DNA of 62,813 nt, counting the filler, from Reclinomonas americana ATCC 50394 (lineage: Eukaryota), in assembly GCA_048213135.1 (NCBI GenBank). It is 5 parts of 2 records of this genome, joined end to end, with 100 filler letters (N's around TTAATTAATTAA, not from the genome) between each part and the next. Parts side by side here need not be neighbours in the genome. Positions count along the whole stretch, not along the records: positions 22,577 to 44,234 come from PS015365.1; positions 44,335 to 55,881 come from PS015365.1; 3 more parts are not named here. One strand, given 5' to 3'. Under the pieces are notes generated by a model. That model searched no databases. It saw only the letters and a program-made list of their open reading frames with translations, and was not told the origin of the DNA. Shown piece by piece: positions 39,801 through 50,575 of the stretch. Each line of letters opens with the position of its first letter. Position 1 is the stretch's first letter. Made by a program: the position numbers and the translations under genes.

Positions 39801-42800
39801 TCACAGGCGTTGTGATCCCCACGGCGACACTGAACTGACACGTTACCGGACTAGAGGCAGTACCGGCCGGGTTGAAGGGCGACGAAGAAGGAAAGGCGAT
39901 CGAAAACTGGTTGCTGGCGCACACTTGCAGCGAGACAAACGTGTTGACCGGCAGCCCGCTGACATCGACAAAGTACGAGGTCAAATTGCCGTTCCACCCA
40001 ACGGCGCCACTGCCGCCATTGACGGGCGGGATAAAGGTAGAATCCAACGCCACGGCGGCCGTGGTGGTGACCGTCGACACAAACGTGGCTCGGTTGATGG
40101 AGTAGACGACGCGGAAGGGCGATAAGCTGGGATGCGCCGTCGTGACATTGCTCTGGGAGGCGTTCGAGGTGGCCAGGTTGTCGCCGCCCACATTCACCGG
40201 CGTGCTGAAAGTGAGCCGCAGGCCCGAGGAGAACAGACGCGACACGGTCACGTTGGTCGGGGCGGCCGGCACATCGCCATTCTTCTCCGTGTTGACAAAG
40301 GCCGTCGCCGAGCTCGTGGACACCAGCGAATTGAAGGTCGCCTTGACGCGCACCGAGTATGCCGTGTCGGCCGTGAGGCTCACACTGCTGGTGGTGCTGC
40401 CACTTGTGGTCGTGTAACCAGTGATTTGCTGATAAAAGCCGGTGGCCAGCGGAAACAGACCGTAGAACGAGGTGAAGACGGAGCCGTTGTTGACTGTGGA
40501 GCCAAGCACGGCCGGCTGCTCTGTACCACTGCCAATGGCGACCGTGAAGGCAAAGGAGAAGCTCGAGGTGCCACCACCGGCAGTTCCGCCCCACACGTTG
40601 GGGAGGGTGAAGGCCACCACAAACGACGTGGAGGTGATCTGGTCCACCATGGGTAGTGTGGCGGCCGACGGCACCGTCTTGTTGGCGACGGCCATGGTGA
40701 CCACCACGGTCGACGAGTAGGCGAGGAAGCCGCCGAGAAATCCCGCATTGCCCGTGCCGTTGTTGTAGGCGACCTTGACGACGCACGAGCTGCCGGTGAC
40801 GCCCATGATCTTGGCCAGTACACGGTTGCGGGTGACGCTGGCACTGGCGGTGGCCGTCGATACGCCCAGGTCGTTGAGGTCGCTCACCGTTGGCACCGTC
40901 GCCGTGCCTCCATCACAAGTGCTCAGCACAAACCACGACGGATTGACGGCGACACCCACGTTGCCGGCGGGCGCCTCCCATTCCAGCACAAACGCCGAGT
41001 TGGTAATGTAGCGCACAGTGCTCGACAGCGTTGGCGCCGTCGGCGACACAATGGCGGTGGCCGGCGCGTCGCTGGTGGTGAACGAGCCGGTCCACGCACT
41101 CTGCGACCGATTCACTTGCGTGTTCGTGTACACCGACACGGTGTACGGGGTGAGAGAGTTGAGGGCGCCGAGAGTAATGGAGCGCCACGACCCCATAAAA
41201 GTCTCCGAGAGCGTCACTGTGGTGCCGTTGTTGGGTGTGCCGACGGCGAAAGCTCGCTGCGAGTTGCCTTGCGTCGTCAGCACCAGAAAGGCGGCAAATG
41301 TCGAGCTCGTCGCCCCCACATCTTGCGTGCTCAGGTTGCCCTGACCGACCACACTCGTCGGCAGCTGCACCCAGATGACCGCCGACAAGTTGGTTACGTA
41401 ATAAATCGCATTGGTCGACTGTGTGACCACATCCGGTCGATTGGTGGCGGTGTAGGCACTCAGTGACGACACAGTGGTGACCGTAGTGGGAGAGTTCTGT
41501 CCGTTCGGCAACGTCACAGTGGCACCCATGGTGTAAAAGCGACCGGGAGAGAGCGCAGACAGCGTGCACAGAAACGCATCGTTGTGCAGACCGGCGGGCT
41601 GGAACAGCACGTTGCAGGAGACGGAGGGTGTCACCGCCGTGCCACGCAGCGTCAGCGTAAATGTCGGCGAGGGCGTAACCGCGGCGGCTGTTAGCGATGC
41701 ACCCGACGACACAATCGCAATATTGTTGGCGCTGTACGTCGCTTGCGCCACTGTCAGCGTCAGCGCAATGGTCGCCGTGGTATCGGTCAGATCCACCAGC
41801 GCAACCGACGCAAGTGCGCCACCGGCAGCTGCCGGTGCCGCAATGACATCGGCACCGGTGTTCGGCGCCGTTCCGTTCCGACTGCAACAGTAGATCACCA
41901 GCGGTGGCTGACCACTGAGACTGGTGATGCTGACGCCGACAGTGTCGAGCGTGCCGAGGGTAATGGCGCCGATGGTCGGCAACCGCGTGCACGTGTTTGT
42001 CGCCCACGTCAGCGTGAGACCGACGGCACTGGTGTAGCCCTGGCCGGCCGACACGACCGTGACCGCCGTCCCGTTTGCCACATTGCCGGCGCCATCGGCC
42101 AGCACCGTGGCCGCGGCACCTGCGCCGCCATTGCCGTAGATGCTGAAGGAGAGTAGTGTGTTGGCGCCGCAGCCGGCACCCGTGGCGCCCGCCGTGACAC
42201 CAATCGCCGTCACAGATGTGGTGGTGGCCAGTGAGCCGAGTCGCACGGCCACCGTAAATGTCAGGGAAGTGGGAACGGCGGCCTGCATGAACGGGAAGAG
42301 AAAGAGAGTTGAGGGCAATGCTCCATGAATCAGTGATGCGCAGCGGTGTGACGAAGCAACGAACCGATGATGTGGGGTTGAGATAAATCGCGTCGGCCGT
42401 GGGCACAGCAAACTTGGTGGCCAGCGCCGACGAGCCCGACACCATACTGATCGCCGCAAACGACGGAAACCCGGCCGTGACAGAGGCGGCAACTTTGCCA
42501 TTGTTGACTGGTCGACCGGGACAGAAGACGACAAAGTCGACGCCGACAGTGAGGAGGCCATTCGCTGATGTGCCGCCAATCACACTTTTGCCGTCGCGAC
42601 CGTAAAACACCGGCAGAGTTGGCGTGTTGATGACATTGTTGTCGGCGACCTGCGCCGCCAGTGCCGTGGCCGTGAGGCCGGCCGCATTGGAGACCAGCAC
42701 ACCGGGACGCGTAGAGACAAGGAAGGAGAGAATGCCGGCGACCACCAGCGACCCGCTCACATCGGTGGCAGCCATGTTCAGCGACCCCGTTCCGCCACTG

Positions 42801-44164
42801 CCATTGGCGGCAAACGAGTACGGCGTCACCGCAAACCCGTCGGTGCCAATGTCCGTCGGCGCACCGTTGATACTGTAGGAGCATGAGGTGGAGGTGACGG
42901 CCACGGAGGCCCAACACGACAGAACGGTGATGCTCGGCGCCCACTGTGGCGTGGAGCCAGTGGACAGAGTGAGGAGCAGCTGCCCGCCGACCGTGGTCGC
43001 CGGAGAGCCGGCGGTCGCCAGCTGTCGCCACGATTGCACACCTTCACCCACGGCACTCACGGCCTGCACGCGCACCAAGTACGATGGCGCGGTAAGTCCC
43101 TTCAGTAGCGACCGCCCTCCGCTCACTCGCCCGACACTGGTGACCACCACCGTCACTGCAGAGGGCGCCGAAAACACCGTCGACACCGTCGTTCCAGTAT
43201 TGTCGGTGGCAGGGGCGGCCTCCACACGAAACTCAGACAGCGCAGCACCCGTGCGTTGCGGTGCATCCCACGAGATGAGACCGCCATTGGTGGCCACAGT
43301 GACCACCGTTAGATTCGCATTCTGAATCGCGTCGGGCGTCTGCTTCCCATTTGTCGTCGTCACACTCAGCGCGGCGGACCACAGACCGAATCCCCATTCA
43401 CCGACGGCGCGCACGCGAACCGAGTACGCGGTATTCGGCTGCAGCAGACTTGTGGCGGAGTCGGCGCCCGTCCCATTGACGACGCACGAGACGGTGGAGA
43501 ACGGCAGGGGTGGCGAGGTGAACGGCGCCGCGACCTGGCCCGCGTCGTCAAAAAAGGTCACCGCAGTCCACCCGCCGGCTTGCGTCTTGACTAGGGAGGG
43601 AAACGGAGAGGAAGTGAGAAGCGAGAGAAGGAGAGGGAGAAGGAGAGGGAGAAAGAGGTGAAGGAGAGGGAGAAGGAGGTGAAGGAGAAGGAGGAGGGAG
43701 AGGCAGAGAAAGAAGGGAGAGAGAGAAGTACAAAGAGAGAGGGAGAGAGAGAGAGAGCAACAGCGAGAAATGATTGTAGTTCATCGCAACTCTGCACTTG
43801 AAAGTACGGCGACTGCAGCTGCACGCGATGGATATCGGTGCCGGTCTGGCCGAGTTGCGTCGGCGGCGTAAACGACAGCACAAATGAGGTGGCGGCCATG
43901 TACCTCGCCGCCAGGCTAGTTGGCTGCCGAGGAGTGCCTGACACCGGCACCGACACCACCAGCGGCTGCGAGCGCACACCTTCCCCGTACGCATTGACAG
44001 AGAACACCTGGACGAAACACATACGTTGATGTGAGAGGCAACAATGAGGATCGAATGCCATTTTTTTGGTCGCGTGCGCACCGTGATCGAGTACTGCACG
44101 CCCTGCTGTATGTTCTGATCGAATGAGCGTAGCACCAGGCCGTAGCACAAGCTGGAGCCTGTCA
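36820..44164 (-). CDS. Giant (>2000 aa visible) type I membrane protein with many fibronectin type III-like repeats; N-terminus missing
   Basis: Repeated FN3 motifs (e.g. LQPNTAYSVRVRAVGEWGFG, LTPSTFYAYSVFA, LQPGTPYIVNVRAVNSFG), TM WWVWLLVAAGGTALVATAILLGWCCC near 37200-37285 and a Gln-rich tail. Intron 42364-42283 joins the two long ORFs. Confidence 0.9.
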
Positions 44165-45297
44165 CTGAGGTGCACTGTCGAGGGGAGGGCGAGGAGCAAT
44201 GAGCAGGGAGGGGGAAGAGAGGGAGAAGAAAGGGNNNNNNNNNNNNNNNNNNNNNNNNNNNNNNNNNNNNNNNNNNNNTTAATTAATTAANNNNNNNNNN
44301 NNNNNNNNNNNNNNNNNNNNNNNNNNNNNNNNNNCCCACCGCCATACACCCCAGTGCCCTCCATCTCGCTCAGCTCGCACGCACTGCCACGCACCGCGAC
44401 ACCCGTCACCACCGGGTCGGCTGCCAACATCGCCCCCAGCACATGAGTTTCCACAGCAGAAGCAGAGCATCCAAGAAGCAACACACGACACAACTCGCTT
44501 CGACAACACCCGTCAATTCCGATCGCACCCACGCGCCCGAGCCGACAGGTGGCGGAATCGAAACCTTTTTCCCAATCAAGAAGAGAAACCACCTTGAGAG
44601 TCATCCTCCCAGCCTCTCCACAGAGTCACTGCACACGTCGTACCTCAAAGCACACGCGACAGCCGACATCCACCGCCCGTAGAGTGTACTGATACACTGC
44701 CGACAACTGCACCACCACTTCCCCGCCGGCTTCTCCCACTCGAATCCAGCGACACCGCGGTGCCGGAGCTCGTTCGCCTCCCCCGCGCACCTCAAACGTC
44801 GCACTCAGCACGTGTCCCTCTCGCGCCCGTTCCTCCAGTGCAAGATGCAGATTCTGCGGATNNNNNNNNNNNNNNNNNNNNNNNNNNNNNNNNNNNNNNN
44901 NNNNNNNNNNNNNNNNNNNNNNNNNNNNNNNNNNNNNNNNNNNNNNNNNNNNNNNNNNNNNNNNNNNNNNNNNNNNNNNNNNNNNNNNNNNNNNNNNNNN
45001 NNNNNNNNNNNNNNNNNNNNNNNNNNNNNNNNNNNNNNNNNNNNNNNNNNNNNNNNNNNNNNNNNNNNNNNNNNNNNNNNNNNNNNNNNNNNNNNNNNNN
45101 NNNNNNNNNNNNNNNNNNNNNNNNNNNNNNNNNNNNNNNNNNNNNNNNNNNNNNNNNNNNNNNNNNNNNNNNNNNNNNNNNNNNNNNNNNNNNNNNNNNN
45201 NNNNNNCGAGAGGGCGCGTCTGAGTTTCGGTGCGTCAGTGGGCGAAGAATTGCACTCCCCCGTTCCTGTGCCTCTCTCCGTGACACGCCTGTCGCAG

Positions 45298-47261
45298 ATG
45301 GTTTCGTGTTCCGCTGGGTGAGCCGGCCGATTCGCCACTGGCCGAGGAGATTGTGGCGGCGCGCGGATCGCGGGTGTACAGTGCGCGAACGGGCGATGTG
45401 GGCATGCAGCTGGCGTTTGAGTACACGCCGGTGCGAGACGTGGATGGTCTGCGGGGCGCGCCGCAGCGTGCCTTGTCGGCCGTCGTCAAGAGTTACGTGT
45501 GTTGGTGAGTGGGTGGTTTCCTGTGCTGTTTTAAGTGAACTCACACACGCAGAGTGTGCGTTGCAGGCGGTCAGTGCATCGGCGAGATCGTGCTGCACAC
45601 GGCGCCGTTTGAGGGTCCGGCAGTGCCAGTCGGTCACACGGTGCGCGGCATGACGTGCTTGCGATGCGTGCCTCTGGCGGCGAATGGTGGTGGCGGCGAT
45701 CTGGATCGTGATCGAGTGGTGGTGGAGTGGAGCTGGGAGCGCTCCATGAACGGCAATGCGTACACGCCGTGTCGACCAGTGTGCACGAGTGCGGAGCGCG
45801 ACTACACCACCAACGCCGACGACGTCAACTGCCATGTGCGTCTGGTTGGCCGGCGGTGGAGGGTGCACGATCGGCGTCTGCTGGAGGTTGTCGCGTCGTC
45901 GGCTGTCACGGTGGAGATGAGTTGCGTGTGACGGGGGAAGGGGAAGGGGAAGGGGGGAAGGGAGAAGGGAAGAGACTGGCAAGCCTCTCAACGCACGTTC
46001 AGAAGGCGAGAGTGAAAGACAGACGGAGAGGGAGTGAAAGGAAGAGAGCGAGAGAGATGGAGAGAAAGAAGGAGAACTGTCAGTCAGTGACTTACGCGAG
46101 AAAGGGGAGCCTAAAGCGAGACGTCGTGGATTGCCAGTTGCACTCGCGAAGAATACCAGAGAGCAAGGAAGGGAGAGAGGGAGAAAGAGAATTGGCAGTC
46201 GTCTGACCAATGAGAGGGAACGACAAGCCTGACGGTGCGACGTCGTTGACTAAATACATTATGGTGAAGAGAATCGGTAGTTGTCTGACCACACGTGGGA
46301 AAGAAGAGCCTGGACAAGAGATACTGTGAACAGACAAGTGCGCTTTCTGGAAGTGACTGAGAAGGGGCAAGGAATGCTGGAATCATCGTTTCAGAAGAAT
46401 GCACTTAGTGAAAGGGAGAGCGCGCATAGTTCTCACAACAACTGCCCGCAGGTGCCAAGCTTCGAATTGCGACGCTGCGCAGCCTGCAGCAACGCGAGAC
46501 AGTGCATCCAGTGGTCGACACCGTCACCGGCACGGAGCTGATGCTGGTGTTTTCTCGCGAGAAATTCCGTGTCGCCAGCAAGTCGCGTTCCGGCGGCAAT
46601 GGTGCCACGCTGATGAAACGCTCGTGGAACAGTCACGAAATGGTCGGCAAGCGTGGATTGTAATAGCATTGTACTGTGCGGATTGCTGACTGCTGCTTGC
46701 CGCAGGATATGCGAGTGGCGGCCGATTCGGAAGACTCGTGTCAGCTGGAGATTCAGATGGTGAGTCGGCTTTCATTTCATCGTTTATGCTGGTCGCTGAC
46801 ATGCTCTCCTGCCCCAGTCGCCAGCCGACATTCTGCGGGTCACCGTCGACGGCAAGGAGGCAGCGGATTCACTAATTGTGCTCTTCCGCTTGCTTGCTGC
46901 CATGGCGACGGTGCGTCTTTGTCTTTGTTGGCTGATGTGTTTTCTCTCTCCTCAAGAATTCGTCGCACAGAGCATTCTCGATGAGATCTGCGGCGATGCG
47001 GGGGCCTCAGAGCGATGGAAGACGCAGCCGCGTGATCCTGGCGCGCACTGTCCGTACCGTGCGCGATTGCAGCCGCGCTCGGTACCCTCTGGCCGCCGCC
47101 GCCCACCATCTCGTATTGTTGCGTCGTGTGGCGCTGCTTCTCCGTGGCTGTTGATTAGCTCACCGCCATGCGCACAGTTGTACTCGGGCCGCCAGTCGCT
47201 TGCCTGGAATCACGCTTACAAAATGGTCTCCAGCTTCTCCTTCCCTCCCATGGACGAGTAA
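45298..47261 (+). CDS. AIR9/SCAB-like cytoskeletal protein (A9 Ig-like repeats plus a PH-like domain), 5' partial
   Basis: WFR...EIVAARG..Y...DVGMQLAFEYTPVR..DG..G.P and WSWER...Y...DDVNCHVR are A9-type repeats. The C-terminal beta-rich region ends in helix ADSLIVLFRLLA. Confidence 0.65.
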
Positions 47262-47306
47262 ATATGTGTACAACAATCTAGGTTTTATGCATTATATTCA
47301 CACGCG

Positions 47307-49329
47307 TTACTCTTCTGGCGTTGATGGTGGTGGTGGTGACGAAGATGGTGAGGGCGATGCGGACGGTTGAGAGACACTCTTGCCGGGTGCCGTGGTTCTG
47401 CCGGCGCTCTTTGGTCTGCGAGTTGGCGCGGCCAGCGGCTGCGAGGAAGGGAGAGAGCAAGTGAGCAACTGCGGAGTCTCGTTATTCCCCTCTCTCAATC
47501 CACACTCCACCATATCAATGTCACGATCGGCGCCACTGTCGCCCACCGGCGCCTCCACAATCGGCTCCGTGAATTGCACCGGCGGTCCACCCTCCGGCAC
47601 TCCCTCGAATGGCGTTACTCGCAGCTGCGCCGCCGCGGTCTTGGTTGGTGTTTGGTACGACACGCCAAAGAGGAACCAGCGCTGCGCCAACTCGTCGCCA
47701 CCGACACCCATGTGTTTCGCCAGCTCTGCGTCCTCTTTCCAGCGCCCACTTTGCGCCGTCGCCACATCCTGCCCGACGTGATGAGGAGGAGCAGTGTCAC
47801 ACCACAACCGGCGAGGCGAGCGAAGCATTTACCTGCTCCGACATGCCCTGCTCTTCGTACCACACACGCAGGGGGTCCTCGCGACGCGACACAATCACCG
47901 TCACGGTCGTCTGCGGTGGCTTGGCCATGACGGAGCGCGCCAGTGGGTGGTGCAGGCCCAGCAGACCCGCCTCTGGCAAGTGCTCGTGCTCGCCAACAAT
48001 CTGCGGTGACGGATCAGCTGATGGACGGGGAGGCGGTGGTAGTGGAGAGAGAGAGAGAGACCTGGAAAATGTGCGCAGTGCGACTCGCCAGGTGGACCAT
48101 GTTGACGACGGAGCCGATCTTGACGTGATCGTCGGCTTGCATGCCACCGTAGAGCACGTCTGTGGGGCAGGGAGTGAGGAGGAGGAGGAGAAGGAGGAGG
48201 AGGGGAATAGGAGAGGAGAGATGAAAGAGGAGGAGGAGAAGAAGGAGAAGGAGGAGATTGAGGAGGAGGAGGAGGGGGAGGAGGAGAAGGGGAGAATAGA
48301 GAATGAGAGTGAAGGGCTAGCGACGAGAAAAAGAGGAAATGGCAAACAGGAGGAAGGGCTTGTAAACGAGAAAAGGAAGAGGTGTAGAAGACAGACGAAG
48401 CTAACGAACAGCTAAGAGAAGACGACGAAGCAGTGGTACAAGGAGATGCGACAATGAAATGAATGCAGAGAGAGATGATCCCGCCGTACCCACAACATCA
48501 GCACGACTCGTCAAGCTCTGCAGGGCCTTGAAGTGCGCCCGCGCCTCGGTGAGCTCCAGCGCCATGCGCTCCGCCTCGATCGGAGCATGCGCCGAGTCCA
48601 CATCGTGTCGCGCCCGCTGCTTCGCTCCATTCGATCGCTCCAGCACCGGAAGGACGTTGTCGCGAATGGACTCCATTTCGTCTACATAGAGAGAAAGAGA
48701 GAAGAGTGAGGAAGGGAGGAGAGAAGGCAATTGAAGTGACTTTGATNNNNNNNNNNNNNNNNNNNNNNNNNNNNNNNNNNNNNNNNNNNNNNNNNNNNNN
48801 NNNNNNNNNNNNNNNNNNNNNNNNNNNNNNNNNNNNNNNNNNNNNNNNNNNNNNNNNNNNNNNNNNNNNNNNNNNNNNNNNNNNNNNNNNNNNNNNNNNN
48901 NNNNNNNNNNNNNNNNNNNNNNNNNNNNNNNNNNNNNNNNNNNNNNNNNNNNNNNNNNNNNNNNNNNNNNNNNNNNNNNNNNNNNNNNNNNNNNNNNNNN
49001 NNNNNNNNNNNNNNNNNNNNNNNNNNNNNNNNNNNNNNNNNNNNNNNNNNNNNNNNNNNNNNNNNNNNNNNNNNNNNNNNNNNNNNNNNNNNNNNNNNNN
49101 NNNNNNNNNNNNNNNNNNNNNNNNNNNNNNNNNNNNNNNNNNNNNNNNNNNNNNNNNNNNNNNNNNNNNNNNNNNNNNNNNNNNNNNNNNNNNNNNNNNN
49201 NNNNNNNNNNNNNNNNNNNNNNNNNNNNNNNNNNNNNNNNNNNNNNNNNNNNNNNNNNNNNNNNNNNNNNNNNNNNNNNNNNNNNNNNNNNNNNNNNNNN
49301 NNNNNNNNNNNNNNNNNNNNNNNNNNNNN

Positions 49330-49380
<51 letters not shown>

Positions 49381-49810
49381 AAGAGGAGAGAGAAGGAAGA
49401 GGGAAGAATGCAATTGAAGTGACTTTGATTGTGAATGCAATGTGGATTACATAAGAGTGGGCGATGTGGAGAGAGATAGAGAGAGGCAGGAAAGCGCAGA
49501 AGGAGAGGAGAGAGAAGAGAGAAAGCAATTGAAGTGACTTTGATCACAAGCTCACTCCCTCTCTCTCCTTTTGTCTCCCTTCCTCTCTCTTCCCTCTCTC
49601 CTCTCTGCTCTCTTCTCCCTCTCTCTCACACACACCCAACACCAGCGCAAAGTACGCCGAAGTCATCGGAAGTCGCGCATCGTCCTCTGAGCTCACAGGC
49701 AACACATGATGCCGTTGCTGCAACGTCGACGACGTTGACGTTGAGAACAACGCACACGCGCGAGAAGCGCACGACAGCGAGAGCAGCAGTGGCCTTCGCG
49801 CGAGGAGCAT
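47307..49810 (-). CDS. greA: Bacterial GreA/GreB-like transcription elongation factor with a predicted mitochondrial presequence
   Basis: Exons 49810-49636, 48681-48490, 48159-48062, 48000-47833 and 47768 onward give MLLARRPLLLSLSCASRACALFST...RLPMTSAYFALVLDEMESIRDNVLP...LQSLTSRADVVD...VKIGSVV...FQIVGEHE...GLLGLHHPLARSVMAK...TVTV. An upstream in-frame ATG exists at 49828. Confidence 0.8.
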
Positions 49811-49895
49811 TTCTTCGTTGGAGGACATGGACGTGCGGGACAGGGCGCGAGCACGCACTGGCCGTTGTGTGACTGGTTTACTCATTGATACACGC

Positions 49896-50503
49896 ATGGC
49901 GTACCCGCCCGAGCTGCGACTCAAGTTACGCGCACGTGTGTGTGTGAGAGAGAGAGAGAGAGGGAGAGAGGACGTGCAGATGTGTGGTGTTGTGTCAGTC
50001 AGTGTTTTTTTCTTGTTGAAAGTGTGTGCGTGGTGAGAGTGTCGCCCAGTTGAAGACGCACGCTCAGAACGCAGATGAACCAATGAGCTCGCTTGCATGG
50101 TGAAAGTGTCACCCAGTTGAAGACACACGCTCAGATCGTTGATGAACCAGTGAGCGTTTCTCTCTGTCACTCTGCATCGTGAAAGTCACCCAGTTGAAGA
50201 CAGACGCTCAGAACGCAGATGAGCTAGTGAGCGCTTCTCTTTTGCATCATGAAAGTGTCGCTCAGTTGAAGACGCACGCTTAGAACGTTGATGAACCAAT
50301 GAGCTTTCTCTCTGCTATCTCGCATCATGAAAGTGTCGCCCGGTTGAAGACAGACGCTCAGAACTTTGATGAACCAATGAGCTTCTCTTCTGTGTCACTT
50401 GCATCGTAAAAGTCACCCAGTTGAAGACAGACGCTCAGAACGCAGATGAAACCAGTGAGCGTTTCTCTCTCCCTCCCTCTCTTTCTCCTCCCTCTCTCTC
50501 TCT

Positions 50504-50575
<72 letters not shown>

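Noticed and set aside
42283..42364. Apparent frameshift between the 882-aa and 1919-aa FN3 ORFs
   Set aside because: It is explained by a GT-AG intron with a pyrimidine tract.
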